Assembly (NCBI RefSeq): GCF_000341395.1
Contig: NC_020304.1
Span: 2,700,001-2,732,000, forward strand
Reading direction: 5' to 3'
Source: Desulfocapsa sulfexigens DSM 10523
Lineage (GTDB): Bacteria > Desulfobacterota > Desulfobulbia > Desulfobulbales > Desulfocapsaceae
Length of the DNA: 32,000 nucleotides
In this document: one piece after another, positions 8,465 through 17,647 of the stretch
Layout: each line of letters opens with the position of its first letter
How positions within the stretch are numbered: position 1 is the stretch's first letter
Notes under the pieces: model-generated
Databases searched by the model: none
Seen by the model: the letters and a program-made list of their open reading frames with translations, nothing else
Told to the model about the DNA's origin: nothing
Program-made: the position numbers and the translations under genes

Positions 8465-9406
8465 ATGAAACCTTGTATTGTTTTTGTCGGTCCTGATTTT
8501 GCTTATGAGAATCTTAACGTTCAATTCTCCAGTAAAGTTCATTTGGTACATCCAGATGCTACACAGCAAGATGTCGCTAAAGCAATGACTGGCGCTGTTG
8601 CTTTTTTGGATGCTTCAATGAAGGTTCATTTGACAAATGATATGTTTGCAAACTCCCCTGATATTTGCATTATTTCCTGCGCTACCACTGGGTCTGATCA
8701 TATAGATAGAGAGGTTTTAGATAAGCGAGGTGTTCAGGTCAGGACCCTGCGTGAAGATCTTGATCTATTGATGAATTTAACTCCTGCCGCAGAATTATCC
8801 TGGGGATTATTGATGGCATGTGCCAGGAAAATCCCTTCAGCATTGGAGCATATACGTTCTGGATCTTGGAATCGTGAACTTTTCCCTGGGATTATGATAA
8901 AAGGAAAGCAACTTGGGATAGTGGGCTGTGGCAGAATTGGTGGCTGGATGGCTCGTTATGCTAATGCTTTTGGTGCAGAAGTCGTGGGGTATGACCCGTA
9001 CCAGGAAGTATTACCGGAAAACGTGAGGAGGGTCTCTCTTGAAGAGTTATTTGAACAGAGTGATTTTATTTCAGCCCATGTTCATTTGACCGAAGACACA
9101 AAGGAAATGCTTGGTGCAAAACTATTTAACCGTATAAAGCCTGGGGCAATTTTTATTAATACTTCTCGGAGTGGGATTTGCGATGAAGATGCTTTGCTGA
9201 GTGTATTGCTTTCTGGTCGTTTAGGCGGGGCTGGCCTTGATGTATTAAATGGGGAGCCGGACATATCAGGTTCGCCATTGATTGCTTATGCCAGGACACA
9301 TGATAACTTGATAATCACCCCTCATTGTGGCGGTTTCTCCCCAGATGCTGTTAAACTTGTCTGTGATAGAGCAATGGGTAAGATCATGGACAAACTTAAC
9401 CTATGA
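8465..9406 (+). CDS. D-isomer-specific 2-hydroxyacid dehydrogenase (SerA/PdxB-like)
   Basis: NAD fold GIVGCGRIGGWMARYANAFGAEVVGYDP, then catalytic-region blocks INTSRSGICDEDAL and ITPHCGG. I preferred the ATG at 8465. A TTG at 8444 that overlaps the neuC stop is an alternative start. Confidence 0.85.
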   Translation: MKPCIVFVGPDFAYENLNVQFSSKVHLVHPDATQQDVAKAMTGAVAFLDASMKVHLTNDMFANSPDICIISCATTGSDHIDREVLDKRGVQVRTLREDLDLLMNLTPAAELSWGLLMACARKIPSALEHIRSGSWNRELFPGIMIKGKQLGIVGCGRIGGWMARYANAFGAEVVGYDPYQEVLPENVRRVSLEELFEQSDFISAHVHLTEDTKEMLGAKLFNRIKPGAIFINTSRSGICDEDALLSVLLSGRLGGAGLDVLNGEPDISGSPLIAYARTHDNLIITPHCGGFSPDAVKLVCDRAMGKIMDKLNL

Positions 9407-10956
9407 GTCATTTAGAAACGTTATCAGATCAAATCGTTTCGTATGGTGTTCGCCATGTTTTTGGTATACCAGGCAGTGGACCGAGCTTAACACTTATTGA
9501 TCATCTTTGTAAGAAAGGGGTGAACTTTCACCTCGTTCATTTTGAAGGCTGTGCTGCAATTATGGCCGGTACTGTTGGTCGTCTTAGTGGAAAATGTGGT
9601 GTTAGTGTTGGGATAAAAGGGCCGGGACTAGCCAATATGATTCCGGGAATTGCTGCTTGTTCTCTGGAATCACTACCTGCTGTAAATATAACCGAAGCTT
9701 ATTTACCAGATGCACCACTCTCTTCTGCGCATAAAAGAATTGATCACTCAAACTTAGTGTCATCTGTTGTAAAGGAATCTTCGTATTGGTCAGAAAGTGG
9801 CAGCAGTTTCCAGCAGCTGGCTGAAAATGCTGAAGCTGAATGTCCGGGACCGGTGCACATGAATATCACTGGTAGTGACCCTGGACGAAAGATGGAACGA
9901 GTGTTCCAGAAAGATAGTATCATTGAAACCAATGACGATATCTCGCAACTACTCGAAAAATCACTCTATCCAGTGCTTATTGTTGGTTCATTAGCAATTC
10001 GAGAGGGGTTGAGTGCATTTTTAAATTTATTGAAAGTTCCCGTGTTTACAACGGCCTCTGCGAAAGGTGTTGTGAATGAAACATTACCACATGCTGCAGG
10101 TGTTTTTACGGGTGCAGGTCTGGAGTTATCTCCTGAGGTAACTGTGCTTCCAAAGGCAGATCTTGTTATTGCAATTGGACTCAGGCATAATGAGGTTTTA
10201 TCAGTTAAGAAATTTGGGTGTAAAAGTATTTTACTTGATCCGCTTGGGAATTCATCTTCCGGTGGATTTGCTTTTCCGGTTATTACATGGATGTATTCAA
10301 GAAAGCTTTGGAATGAGCTTTGGGATCAGTTGGAAGAAAAAGATTGGGGTAGAGATGAAATAGCCAAATCAAAAAAGAATTTAAATAGCTATCTATTGGC
10401 TGGAGATCTTCTGCCAGCAAATATCTTTCAAGCTGTTGACATGCATTTTGCGGGAAAAGCTCGAATTGTTGTTGATACAGGTCTATTCTGTACCGTAGCT
10501 GAGCATATATGGTCAGCAATTTCTCCGTCTATGTATATAAGTTCCGGGCAAGGAAGGTATATGGGGATAAGTCTTCCCCAGGGCGTTGCGGCGGCACTTT
10601 TTGATTCAACAGTGCCTACCGTGATATTTTGTGGTGATGGCAGTGTCGGCATGTTTATTGCCGAATTGAAAATTGCAATTGCAAATGCGTTGCCCCTGAT
10701 CATTGTTTTGCTCAGTGATGGAAAATTCGGGACATTAAGAGGGAGAGCTTTAAAAGATGGATTAACGGAAAAACCGTTAACTGTTTTCTCACCTTCCTGG
10801 GTGTCTACGATGGAAGGACTTGGAATACACTCGGTCTATGCTGAATCTGTTGAGAAATGTCACCAAGTTCTTGGCGAATGGGATGGCAACCCGCTTTTTA
10901 TTGAAGTTTTGTTCGACTCTGATGAATATGCACGAATGACCGAGAAAGTTCGTTAA
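9403..10956 (+). CDS. Thiamine-pyrophosphate-dependent enzyme (acetolactate synthase large subunit / 2-ketoacid decarboxylase-like)
   Basis: 517 aa. The N-terminal PYR domain is VRHVFGIPGSGPSLTLIDHL...GIKGPGLANM. The C-terminal TPP motif is GDGSVGMFIAELKIAIANALPLIIVLLSDGKFG. The start overlaps the upstream stop (ATGA). Confidence 0.85.
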   Translation: MSHLETLSDQIVSYGVRHVFGIPGSGPSLTLIDHLCKKGVNFHLVHFEGCAAIMAGTVGRLSGKCGVSVGIKGPGLANMIPGIAACSLESLPAVNITEAYLPDAPLSSAHKRIDHSNLVSSVVKESSYWSESGSSFQQLAENAEAECPGPVHMNITGSDPGRKMERVFQKDSIIETNDDISQLLEKSLYPVLIVGSLAIREGLSAFLNLLKVPVFTTASAKGVVNETLPHAAGVFTGAGLELSPEVTVLPKADLVIAIGLRHNEVLSVKKFGCKSILLDPLGNSSSGGFAFPVITWMYSRKLWNELWDQLEEKDWGRDEIAKSKKNLNSYLLAGDLLPANIFQAVDMHFAGKARIVVDTGLFCTVAEHIWSAISPSMYISSGQGRYMGISLPQGVAAALFDSTVPTVIFCGDGSVGMFIAELKIAIANALPLIIVLLSDGKFGTLRGRALKDGLTEKPLTVFSPSWVSTMEGLGIHSVYAESVEKCHQVLGEWDGNPLFIEVLFDSDEYARMTEKVR

Positions 10957-11049
10957 GTTGCGGTTCGTCAGTGACTATTGTTTTTTCTGTGAGTTTCTTC
11001 TAATACTGTTTTTGTTATATCCTTTGTTATTGTTATATATATTTCTTTC

Positions 11050-11079
11050 TTGTCACTTGTTCAGAGTTCGATATAAAAT
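11050..11079 (+). promoter_or_regulatory. Candidate sigma70-type promoter in an AT-rich 177-bp gap
   Basis: TTGTCA (11050-11055), a 16-nt spacer, then TATAAA (11072-11077). AGGAG lies 10 nt before the ATG at 11134. Assigned by pattern only. Confidence 0.3.
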
Positions 11080-11133
11080 TATGCTTTCTGAATTTTCTTT
11101 TTTCCATCTCTGTACGTCAGGAGAAAAAAACTA

Positions 11134-12510
11134 ATGGGAACGAAAAGCATTTCGAGACGACCTTGGCTTCTTTTGCCGATAGAAGTCAAAAATCGAGAGC
11201 TAGATGCCAAAGTCATGCTGTCATGCATTGGTGCTGCACGCGGTTTTGGGGTGCTGTTTGGACGGAATGGTTTTAATCTGAATGGAAAGTTTCCTCGCGG
11301 AGTCTATCTGGATAAGTGTATTTCCCCCTATAAACTTGATGTTCTTACTAAGCAGGTTAAAACTTTAGGCAATAAACTCGCTATTCTTGATGAAGAAGGA
11401 TTAGTATATCAGTCTAAGAAATTATATATTGCCAATCGCACATCAAGAGCGACTGTAGATTTGGCATCATTGATATTTACCTGGGGAGATGCCCAATTAC
11501 AGGTGATTGATAATGAGTACGGTATCCCAGACAAAGTTATCTCAACAGGTTCAACTAGAGCAGATCTCTGGCAAAAAGAATGGCATCAAGTTTATGAAAA
11601 AGAAGTAGAGAGTATTACAGAGCAAATAGGTGAATTTATTTTGATACCAGCGAATTTTTCACCTGCCCACCATGTAGATCCTATAAATTTCTCTTTAAGT
11701 AAAAGAGGATATACTGAACAGAACAAGAATAGTAAGAAACTGACATTTAAAGAAGATCGGTATCTGTTTCGAGAAAAGATTTTTAATAAATTTGTCGAAC
11801 TTATTGGCGCCATAGCCGAGGCTAGTCCTGATCTTACCGTTGTTCTGCGGCCTCATCCCAATGATGATTTAAAAGTCTGGGCTAAGTTTAAAAAAAACTG
11901 GCCTGAAAATGTAAAAATTATCTATGACGGGAATGTTTCACCTTGGATAATAGCCTCGAAAATTTTAATTCACAACAGCTGTACAACTGGGGTTGAGGCA
12001 TTTGCCATGGGAAAACCAACCATTGCTTATATGCCATATTTTGATAAACGATATGAACAGAACATTCCTAATCCACTTAGCCAGAAGAGTAGTACTGTGG
12101 AAGGTGTGCTGCAGCTTATACAGAATAATCTTGAGAAGAAAGGGCTTGGGAAGGAAAATGAAAAAATAGAATTATATAACTATCATATTAGAAATGACAA
12201 AAACATTCTTGCTGGAGATCGAATGTTTGACGCATTGGAAAAGTTGAATTTGCCAGAAAGTGAATTTAAATATTCAAGCTACGGGTTGACACAGAAAATT
12301 TGTGTAGTGGCGAGAAGGGTAAATCGACGAATAGGGGATTTTACAGGAAAACATGAATTCTCTTATGCATACAGAAAACAGAAAAATCCCGGGATTTCGC
12401 TGGAAGAAATCCAGAGTTTGGTCGGACGTTATAAGAAAATTATGAATAGATGGGATAATGTTCTGGTAGAACAGGTTGGAGAGGATTTGTTTTGTTTTTA
12501 TTGTCCCTGA
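11134..12510 (+). CDS. Uncharacterised surface-carbohydrate biosynthesis protein; candidate nonulosonic-acid (sialyl-type) transferase
   Basis: 458 aa and soluble. It contains DEEG (nt 11389-11400) and RPHP (HP at nt 11854-11859), in the order and approximate spacing of the bacterial sialyltransferase D/E-D/E-G and HP motifs. It also has a GT-B-like block, IHNSCTTGVEAFAMGKPTI. Confidence 0.5.
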   Translation: MGTKSISRRPWLLLPIEVKNRELDAKVMLSCIGAARGFGVLFGRNGFNLNGKFPRGVYLDKCISPYKLDVLTKQVKTLGNKLAILDEEGLVYQSKKLYIANRTSRATVDLASLIFTWGDAQLQVIDNEYGIPDKVISTGSTRADLWQKEWHQVYEKEVESITEQIGEFILIPANFSPAHHVDPINFSLSKRGYTEQNKNSKKLTFKEDRYLFREKIFNKFVELIGAIAEASPDLTVVLRPHPNDDLKVWAKFKKNWPENVKIIYDGNVSPWIIASKILIHNSCTTGVEAFAMGKPTIAYMPYFDKRYEQNIPNPLSQKSSTVEGVLQLIQNNLEKKGLGKENEKIELYNYHIRNDKNILAGDRMFDALEKLNLPESEFKYSSYGLTQKICVVARRVNRRIGDFTGKHEFSYAYRKQKNPGISLEEIQSLVGRYKKIMNRWDNVLVEQVGEDLFCFYCP

Positions 12511-12559
12511 TACCGTGTTGTTTGAGAGTTGAAACCGAATTTTTTCACAGAGGTAGCTG

Positions 12560-13348
12560 ATGCAAAAAGATTCTATAACGTTGAAGAGTAAATTGCAGTC
12601 TGGTCAATTGACTTTAGGGTCTTGGATTACTCTTGGTCATCCTGCCATTGCGGAAATATTTGCTGGTGCTGGATATGACTGGTTAGTGGTTGATCTTGAG
12701 CACAGTACCATTTCTATGGAACAGGCTGGAGAGCTGATCAGGATAATAGACCTTGCTGGAGTTGCTCCTCTTGTGAGATTAACGTCTAATGAACCAAACC
12801 AGATAAAACGTATCATGGACGCAGGTGCACATGGTATTGTTGTCCCAATGGTTAACTCGCCAGAGGATGCCGTCAAAGCTGTTGCGGCTACACGTTATGC
12901 CCCACTGGGGATACGTGGTGTCGGGTTGGCACGGGCTCAAAAATATGGTGCCGGTTTTCAGGATTATCTGGAATGGCAAAAAGATGGGCCGGTGGTCATT
13001 GTCCAGATAGAGCATAAATTGGCCTTGGATGTATTGGATTCTATTTTGTCGGTAAAGGGTGTCGACGGATTTATTATAGGTCCGTATGACTTGTCGTGCT
13101 CGATGGGAATTCCAGGAGAGTTCGAACAGCCTGAATTCCTAGACGCCATGGATTTCATTAAAAACACAGGAGAACGGTTGAAGTGTCCTGGAGGAATACA
13201 TATTGTTGAGCCAGACCAAGAACGCTTGAGACAGGCCATTGGAGATGGGTACCGCTTCATTGCTTATAGTGTAGATATTAGGATGCTTGATGTCTCAGCT
13301 CGAATAGGGGTAAAGAGTGTACTGACCAATAAGGATTCTAACGGTTAA
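12560..13348 (+). CDS. HpcH/HpaI-family class II (pyruvate) aldolase
   Basis: 262 aa. GSWITLGHPAIAEIFAGAGYDWLVVDLEHS, VRL, IKRIMDAGAHGIVVPMVNS, RYAPLGIRG and IGPYDLS match 2-keto-3-deoxy sugar acid aldolases (HpaI/YfaU/GarL type). Confidence 0.85.
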   Translation: MQKDSITLKSKLQSGQLTLGSWITLGHPAIAEIFAGAGYDWLVVDLEHSTISMEQAGELIRIIDLAGVAPLVRLTSNEPNQIKRIMDAGAHGIVVPMVNSPEDAVKAVAATRYAPLGIRGVGLARAQKYGAGFQDYLEWQKDGPVVIVQIEHKLALDVLDSILSVKGVDGFIIGPYDLSCSMGIPGEFEQPEFLDAMDFIKNTGERLKCPGGIHIVEPDQERLRQAIGDGYRFIAYSVDIRMLDVSARIGVKSVLTNKDSNG

Positions 13349-13412
13349 TGTGTGAGAGCTGATCCTTCAGGTAGGTTGGTTTTGCTATGTTTAGTCCACA
13401 AGAGAATCTTAT

Positions 13413-14561
13413 TTGAGTAAGAATAAGATAATACAAGAGATAACATCTCACCCGGCGCAACTACCAGCGGCAGGGACTGGTCTCATTGGTATCCTGTCAT
13501 CTTTTAACTTTGTCCATCTGATTCTTTCATTTGTTGTATCTGTTCTGTTTATTTGGTGTGTTGGATATTTCTTTTGTGATTCTCTACGACCATTCCAATA
13601 CGACTCAAGTTTAAAAAAATATATTCATACTCCCCATATTTTCTATAAGCAACGTAGCGAGGGGTTTGCTCAAACGCATAAAGGTTTGTTCGGGATCAAT
13701 GCAATCCCAGACATAACGAAGGTACGAGGAAATAAAATTGTTGTCTGGGGAGATTCTTATGTGGAAGCTCACCAAGTAAATGACAGTGAGAAAATACCTC
13801 AGGTGATTACCAGGAAACTCAATGAAAGAGGTCTCGGACAGCAATTAATGTCCTTCGGAATCGGTATGAGTGGGGACAGTGTTGCTGATTATTTTTTTGA
13901 AATCCCCAGGTATGAGCATTTGGTCAAAGATATCGCTGCTCATTACATTGTGATAACAAACAGTAAAGATATATTGCCAGACCAGCCAACAGACAATAAA
14001 AAGGGGCTGTTTAAGTCGAACCCTTTTGGTTTGTATGAGGATAACTGGAGTCCTAAGTATCAAAATATTAAAAATGTTTTTTCTCATCTCAACCTTTCAT
14101 TTGTCTGGCAGCCAGCTTTGTCAGCACTTTCTGCTCCAGAAAGACTTCACTTTTTGCCAAATATACAAAAAACAGAGGATGCTGCAGCGCCGTTCAATAA
14201 GGATGTACCTTCAAATAAATTCCTTATTGATTCGTGGTCCTTTTTATTGAAAAATCTAAGAAACCAGACAAAAGTCCCTATAATCTTTGTGTATGCTCCT
14301 GGAGTACCCAAAATTATAAAGGGGGAAATTTCTGATTATGATGAAAACGCAATTCAAATAGCATTGTTTGCCGATATTGCGAAGGGTTATGGTATTGAAT
14401 TAGTAGACACTACATATAAATTTGTGAAATTTAACAGAGACACAGGACTCTTCCCGCGAGGATTCTCAAATTCTAAACCAAGTGAAGGGCATTTCAATAG
14501 GGATGGAAACGATATTGTTGCAACAATGATAATGGACCACTTTCTTAAAGAAGAGATGTAG
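13413..14561 (+). CDS. Membrane-anchored SGNH-like protein, probable partner of the downstream MBOAT (AlgJ/AlgX/DltD-like role)
   Basis: 382 aa with a TTG start and one N-terminal TM helix. It has a GDS block (IVVWGDSYVEAH) and a C-terminal GHFNRDGNDIVA block resembling SGNH block V. It ends 4 nt before the MBOAT gene. Confidence 0.55.
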   Translation: MSKNKIIQEITSHPAQLPAAGTGLIGILSSFNFVHLILSFVVSVLFIWCVGYFFCDSLRPFQYDSSLKKYIHTPHIFYKQRSEGFAQTHKGLFGINAIPDITKVRGNKIVVWGDSYVEAHQVNDSEKIPQVITRKLNERGLGQQLMSFGIGMSGDSVADYFFEIPRYEHLVKDIAAHYIVITNSKDILPDQPTDNKKGLFKSNPFGLYEDNWSPKYQNIKNVFSHLNLSFVWQPALSALSAPERLHFLPNIQKTEDAAAPFNKDVPSNKFLIDSWSFLLKNLRNQTKVPIIFVYAPGVPKIIKGEISDYDENAIQIALFADIAKGYGIELVDTTYKFVKFNRDTGLFPRGFSNSKPSEGHFNRDGNDIVATMIMDHFLKEEM

Positions 14562-14565
14562 CAGT

Positions 14566-15966
14566 ATGGTATTTACACAGGTTGAGTTTGTTGTATTTGT
14601 GCTTGGTGTAGTGTCTCTAATGTGTTTTCTGAAGAGTATAGTTCTGAAGAAAATAACCATACTTTTGTCAAGTTTGTATTTTTATGCATACTTTGATTAC
14701 AGATTACTGATTGTACTCGTTTTATCTGTTTTTTGTACCCATATTTCCGGTAGTTTAATAAATAGGTCAAAACAACCTGTTTATAAAAAGATATCGTTGA
14801 TAGCCGGAGTTGGTCTGAATCTTGGCGCATTGTTATATTTTAAATATTATAATTTTTTTATTCATCAAATAAATGATCTGTTTTTATTAGACGAATCTTC
14901 TTTAAACACTATAAAAATAGTAGTTCCTCTAGGAATTTCATTTTATACGTTTAGATTTATCAGCTACCTGGTGGATGTCTACAGGGGAGATATGTCTCCT
15001 TGCCGTTTATTTGATTTCACCATATATGGTCTGTTTTTCCCTGTTATTATCTCCGGTCCAATTTCCAGAGCAGTTCACTTTATCCCGCAATTAGAGCGAA
15101 TCTCCATATCTAAAAACAATCTGTATCTGGGATATCGCTTGTTTGTTATCGGTCTGTTTCTCAAGGTTTTTGTTGCGGACAGAATTGCATATTATGTCAA
15201 TTATTTCTATGCAAACTATGAAATATTTGACACAGCTACAACCTGGCTGGCCGTTATCGTCTATAGTATCCAGATTTATTGTGATTTCGCCGGATATTCC
15301 AGCATGGCTATCGGAGTAGCGTATTTAATCGGGATACGTATTGAAGATAATTTCAATTTCCCCTATTTGGCCAATAATATTCAGGAATTTTGGAAAAGGT
15401 GGCATATGACTTTATCTGAATGGATAAAAGACTATTTATATATACCACTAGGGGGAAGTCGAAAAGGGGGAAGACGAAAATGTATTAATTTATTGATAGT
15501 CATGACGTTATGCGGCTTTTGGCATGGCTCTTCATGGACATTTGTGCTGTGGGGAATGCTTCATGGGGCAATGCTGATTGCTAATTATGGTTGGCAATTG
15601 TCAAATTGTAGAACTTTTTGTACAACTTTGCCACGTCTCTTCTCCCTCATCTCTCAAGTAGTAACCTTTGTCAGCGTTACCATCTGTTGGATCTTTTTCC
15701 GCTCCACGGATTTGCACCAATCTTTTGAAATAATAAAGAAATTATTTCTGTTTCGGAACGACGGTTATTTGTTTTGGGCTCAGCCCTTTGTTCTATTTGT
15801 TGTAGTGGCTACGTTATTCTTCCATTTATTATCAAATATGAAGGTAAAATTTATTTCTCTTCCGGTTGATAATAAAGTGACCCCAACTATCCTGTTTTGC
15901 CTTCTCTGGCTTGTTGTTGTTTTTTTTCCGAAAGAACTTGAGCCATTTGTTTATCTTCAGTTTTGA
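14566..15966 (+). CDS. MBOAT-family membrane-bound O-acyltransferase (AlgI/DltB-like)
   Basis: 466 aa and polytopic. ISFYTFRFISYLVDVYRG, FWKRWHMTLSEWIKDYLYIPLGGSRKG and the FWHG histidine motif are MBOAT hallmarks. Confidence 0.9.
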   Translation: MVFTQVEFVVFVLGVVSLMCFLKSIVLKKITILLSSLYFYAYFDYRLLIVLVLSVFCTHISGSLINRSKQPVYKKISLIAGVGLNLGALLYFKYYNFFIHQINDLFLLDESSLNTIKIVVPLGISFYTFRFISYLVDVYRGDMSPCRLFDFTIYGLFFPVIISGPISRAVHFIPQLERISISKNNLYLGYRLFVIGLFLKVFVADRIAYYVNYFYANYEIFDTATTWLAVIVYSIQIYCDFAGYSSMAIGVAYLIGIRIEDNFNFPYLANNIQEFWKRWHMTLSEWIKDYLYIPLGGSRKGGRRKCINLLIVMTLCGFWHGSSWTFVLWGMLHGAMLIANYGWQLSNCRTFCTTLPRLFSLISQVVTFVSVTICWIFFRSTDLHQSFEIIKKLFLFRNDGYLFWAQPFVLFVVVATLFFHLLSNMKVKFISLPVDNKVTPTILFCLLWLVVVFFPKELEPFVYLQF

Positions 15967-16041
15967 TGTATTGTTGCTGATTTTGTTTAAGTGCCTCGGT
16001 TGAGGTAATGACTTTTATATGAATTGAGGTGAAAATTTAAG

Positions 16042-16812
16042 ATGAATGTAATCGGAATTATACCCGCACGACTTGGGGCATCACGGTTTCCAGGTAAGCC
16101 TCTGGAAAAAATGCTTGGGATGCCAATGGTTGGCCATTGTTACCATCGTACACATTTGGCTCCTGGTATCGATAACACCTATGTGGCAACTTGTGATGAA
16201 GCTATTGCAGATTATATCCGTTCTATTGGAGGAAATGCTGTGATGACTTCAGTTAAACATACTCGTGCGACAACGCGTACAGCTGAAGCTCTTGAAATTA
16301 TTGAAAAGGAGACAGGTAAGAGAGTTGATATTGTTGTTATGGTCCAGGGGGATGAACCTCTGATTTCTCCTGAAACAATAGGTGCAACAGTTTGTAGGTT
16401 CGACGATGATTCTGTTGACATTGTTAATGTGATGTCACGATTGCAAACACTTGAGGCATTTGAAGATCACAATAATGTAAAGGTTGTTGTTGATATTAAC
16501 AGTAACGCTCTGTATTTCTCCCGCGAAGCCATTCCTTCTCCCTGGAAGGGATGGGAACATATCCCGCGTTATATGCAGACCGGTATTATTGCGTTTCGGA
16601 GAGATACGTTGATTGCGTTTAATTCCATGGAAGAAACTTCTCTTGAACAGATTGAATCTGTTGATATGAACCGTGTTCTTGAAACGGGTGGGAAAATTCG
16701 TATGACTTTGACCGAATCTCAAACGATTGGCGTTGATACCCGGGAAGAATTGATAGCGGCTGAAAAATTGCTTCGATTGGATTCAGTGGTAGAAAAATAT
16801 CTTGCTGTATAG
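16042..16812 (+). CDS. KdsB-family 3-deoxy-ulosonate cytidylyltransferase
   Basis: 256 aa. IGIIPARLGASRFPGKPL, VMVQGDEPLI, ALYFSREAIP and GVDTREEL are colinear with the CMP-Kdo synthetase (KdsB) blocks. GAGGTG RBS. Confidence 0.85.
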   Translation: MNVIGIIPARLGASRFPGKPLEKMLGMPMVGHCYHRTHLAPGIDNTYVATCDEAIADYIRSIGGNAVMTSVKHTRATTRTAEALEIIEKETGKRVDIVVMVQGDEPLISPETIGATVCRFDDDSVDIVNVMSRLQTLEAFEDHNNVKVVVDINSNALYFSREAIPSPWKGWEHIPRYMQTGIIAFRRDTLIAFNSMEETSLEQIESVDMNRVLETGGKIRMTLTESQTIGVDTREELIAAEKLLRLDSVVEKYLAV

Positions 16813-16960
16813 TTAATTGTCCTGATCTATTAACGAGAAATTGTGCAAGCAGTAATAGAGGATGCTTGCAAAATAAATTTATACCAAGGATACATTTTGT
16901 CATGAAGCTACCTGCAGAAGGTATGTGCTCATTATACGAATTCAAAACAAAGGACTAATT

Positions 16961-17647
16961 ATGAGCATAAATTTAAGTGAGTTATCTGATTTTAATACAA
17001 AGAACTGGGACGAATATTATAAGAACAATGTAGGTGTTGAATATCCACATGAACAGTTAATAATATATGTTAACTACCTTAAACATGAGATTGGTAGTTC
17101 TGGTGAACCAAAAGCCTTGGAAACAGGATTTGGTTCAATAGCTGACATGCGTTTTTTACATAGAATGAACTATGAAGTCTATGGCTTAGAAGTATCTCAG
17201 ACAGCTGTTGAAAAAGGATTGTTAGGATGTGAGAAATATAAGATTAAATTGAATCTACAACATTGGACGCCACCTGTGTTGCCTTTTGAAAATGACTTCT
17301 TTGATTTGTTTTGCAGTTCTAATTCAATTCATTTCAACCTTGATCAAGATCTAATATTATCGGAAATAAAGCGAGTTTTAAAGATCGGTGGACATTTGTA
17401 TACAACCTACCTTGCTCCTGGTCATAAATTCATTGATAAATCAAAATATATTGGTGATGATTTAATTCAGTTCACCGACGATCACTATGTTTTGAAGATG
17501 AGAAAAATGGTTATGCGATACTATGACCAATCATCAAAATTAGAAAAGCTATATTCAAAGTATTTCAAGGAGGTAAGAGTTACACGGTTAGAATATAATA
17601 TACTGGATGCACCGAATGCATATTGGATTGTAACAGCTACAAATTAA
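16961..17647 (+). CDS. Class I SAM-dependent methyltransferase
   Basis: I preferred the ATG at 16961 (MSINLSE...). Motif I-like segment: ALETGFGSIADMRFL. YGLEVS follows, then a LKIGGHLY post-motif. The assignment is by fold-level motifs only. Confidence 0.7.
   Translation: MSINLSELSDFNTKNWDEYYKNNVGVEYPHEQLIIYVNYLKHEIGSSGEPKALETGFGSIADMRFLHRMNYEVYGLEVSQTAVEKGLLGCEKYKIKLNLQHWTPPVLPFENDFFDLFCSSNSIHFNLDQDLILSEIKRVLKIGGHLYTTYLAPGHKFIDKSKYIGDDLIQFTDDHYVLKMRKMVMRYYDQSSKLEKLYSKYFKEVRVTRLEYNILDAPNAYWIVTATN

Noticed and set aside
10957-10995. An intrinsic terminator after the TPP-enzyme gene
   Set aside because: Only a 4-bp palindrome (GTCA/TGAC) precedes the T-run TTGTTTTTTCT, and that stem is too weak to call.
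12560-13348. PEP mutase, implying a phosphonate pathway together with the TPP enzyme acting as phosphonopyruvate decarboxylase
   Set aside because: The sequence has HpcH/HpaI aldolase blocks (DWLVVDLEHS, GIVVPMV, GPYDLS) rather than the PEP mutase/isocitrate lyase signature. The window contains no AEP transaminase.
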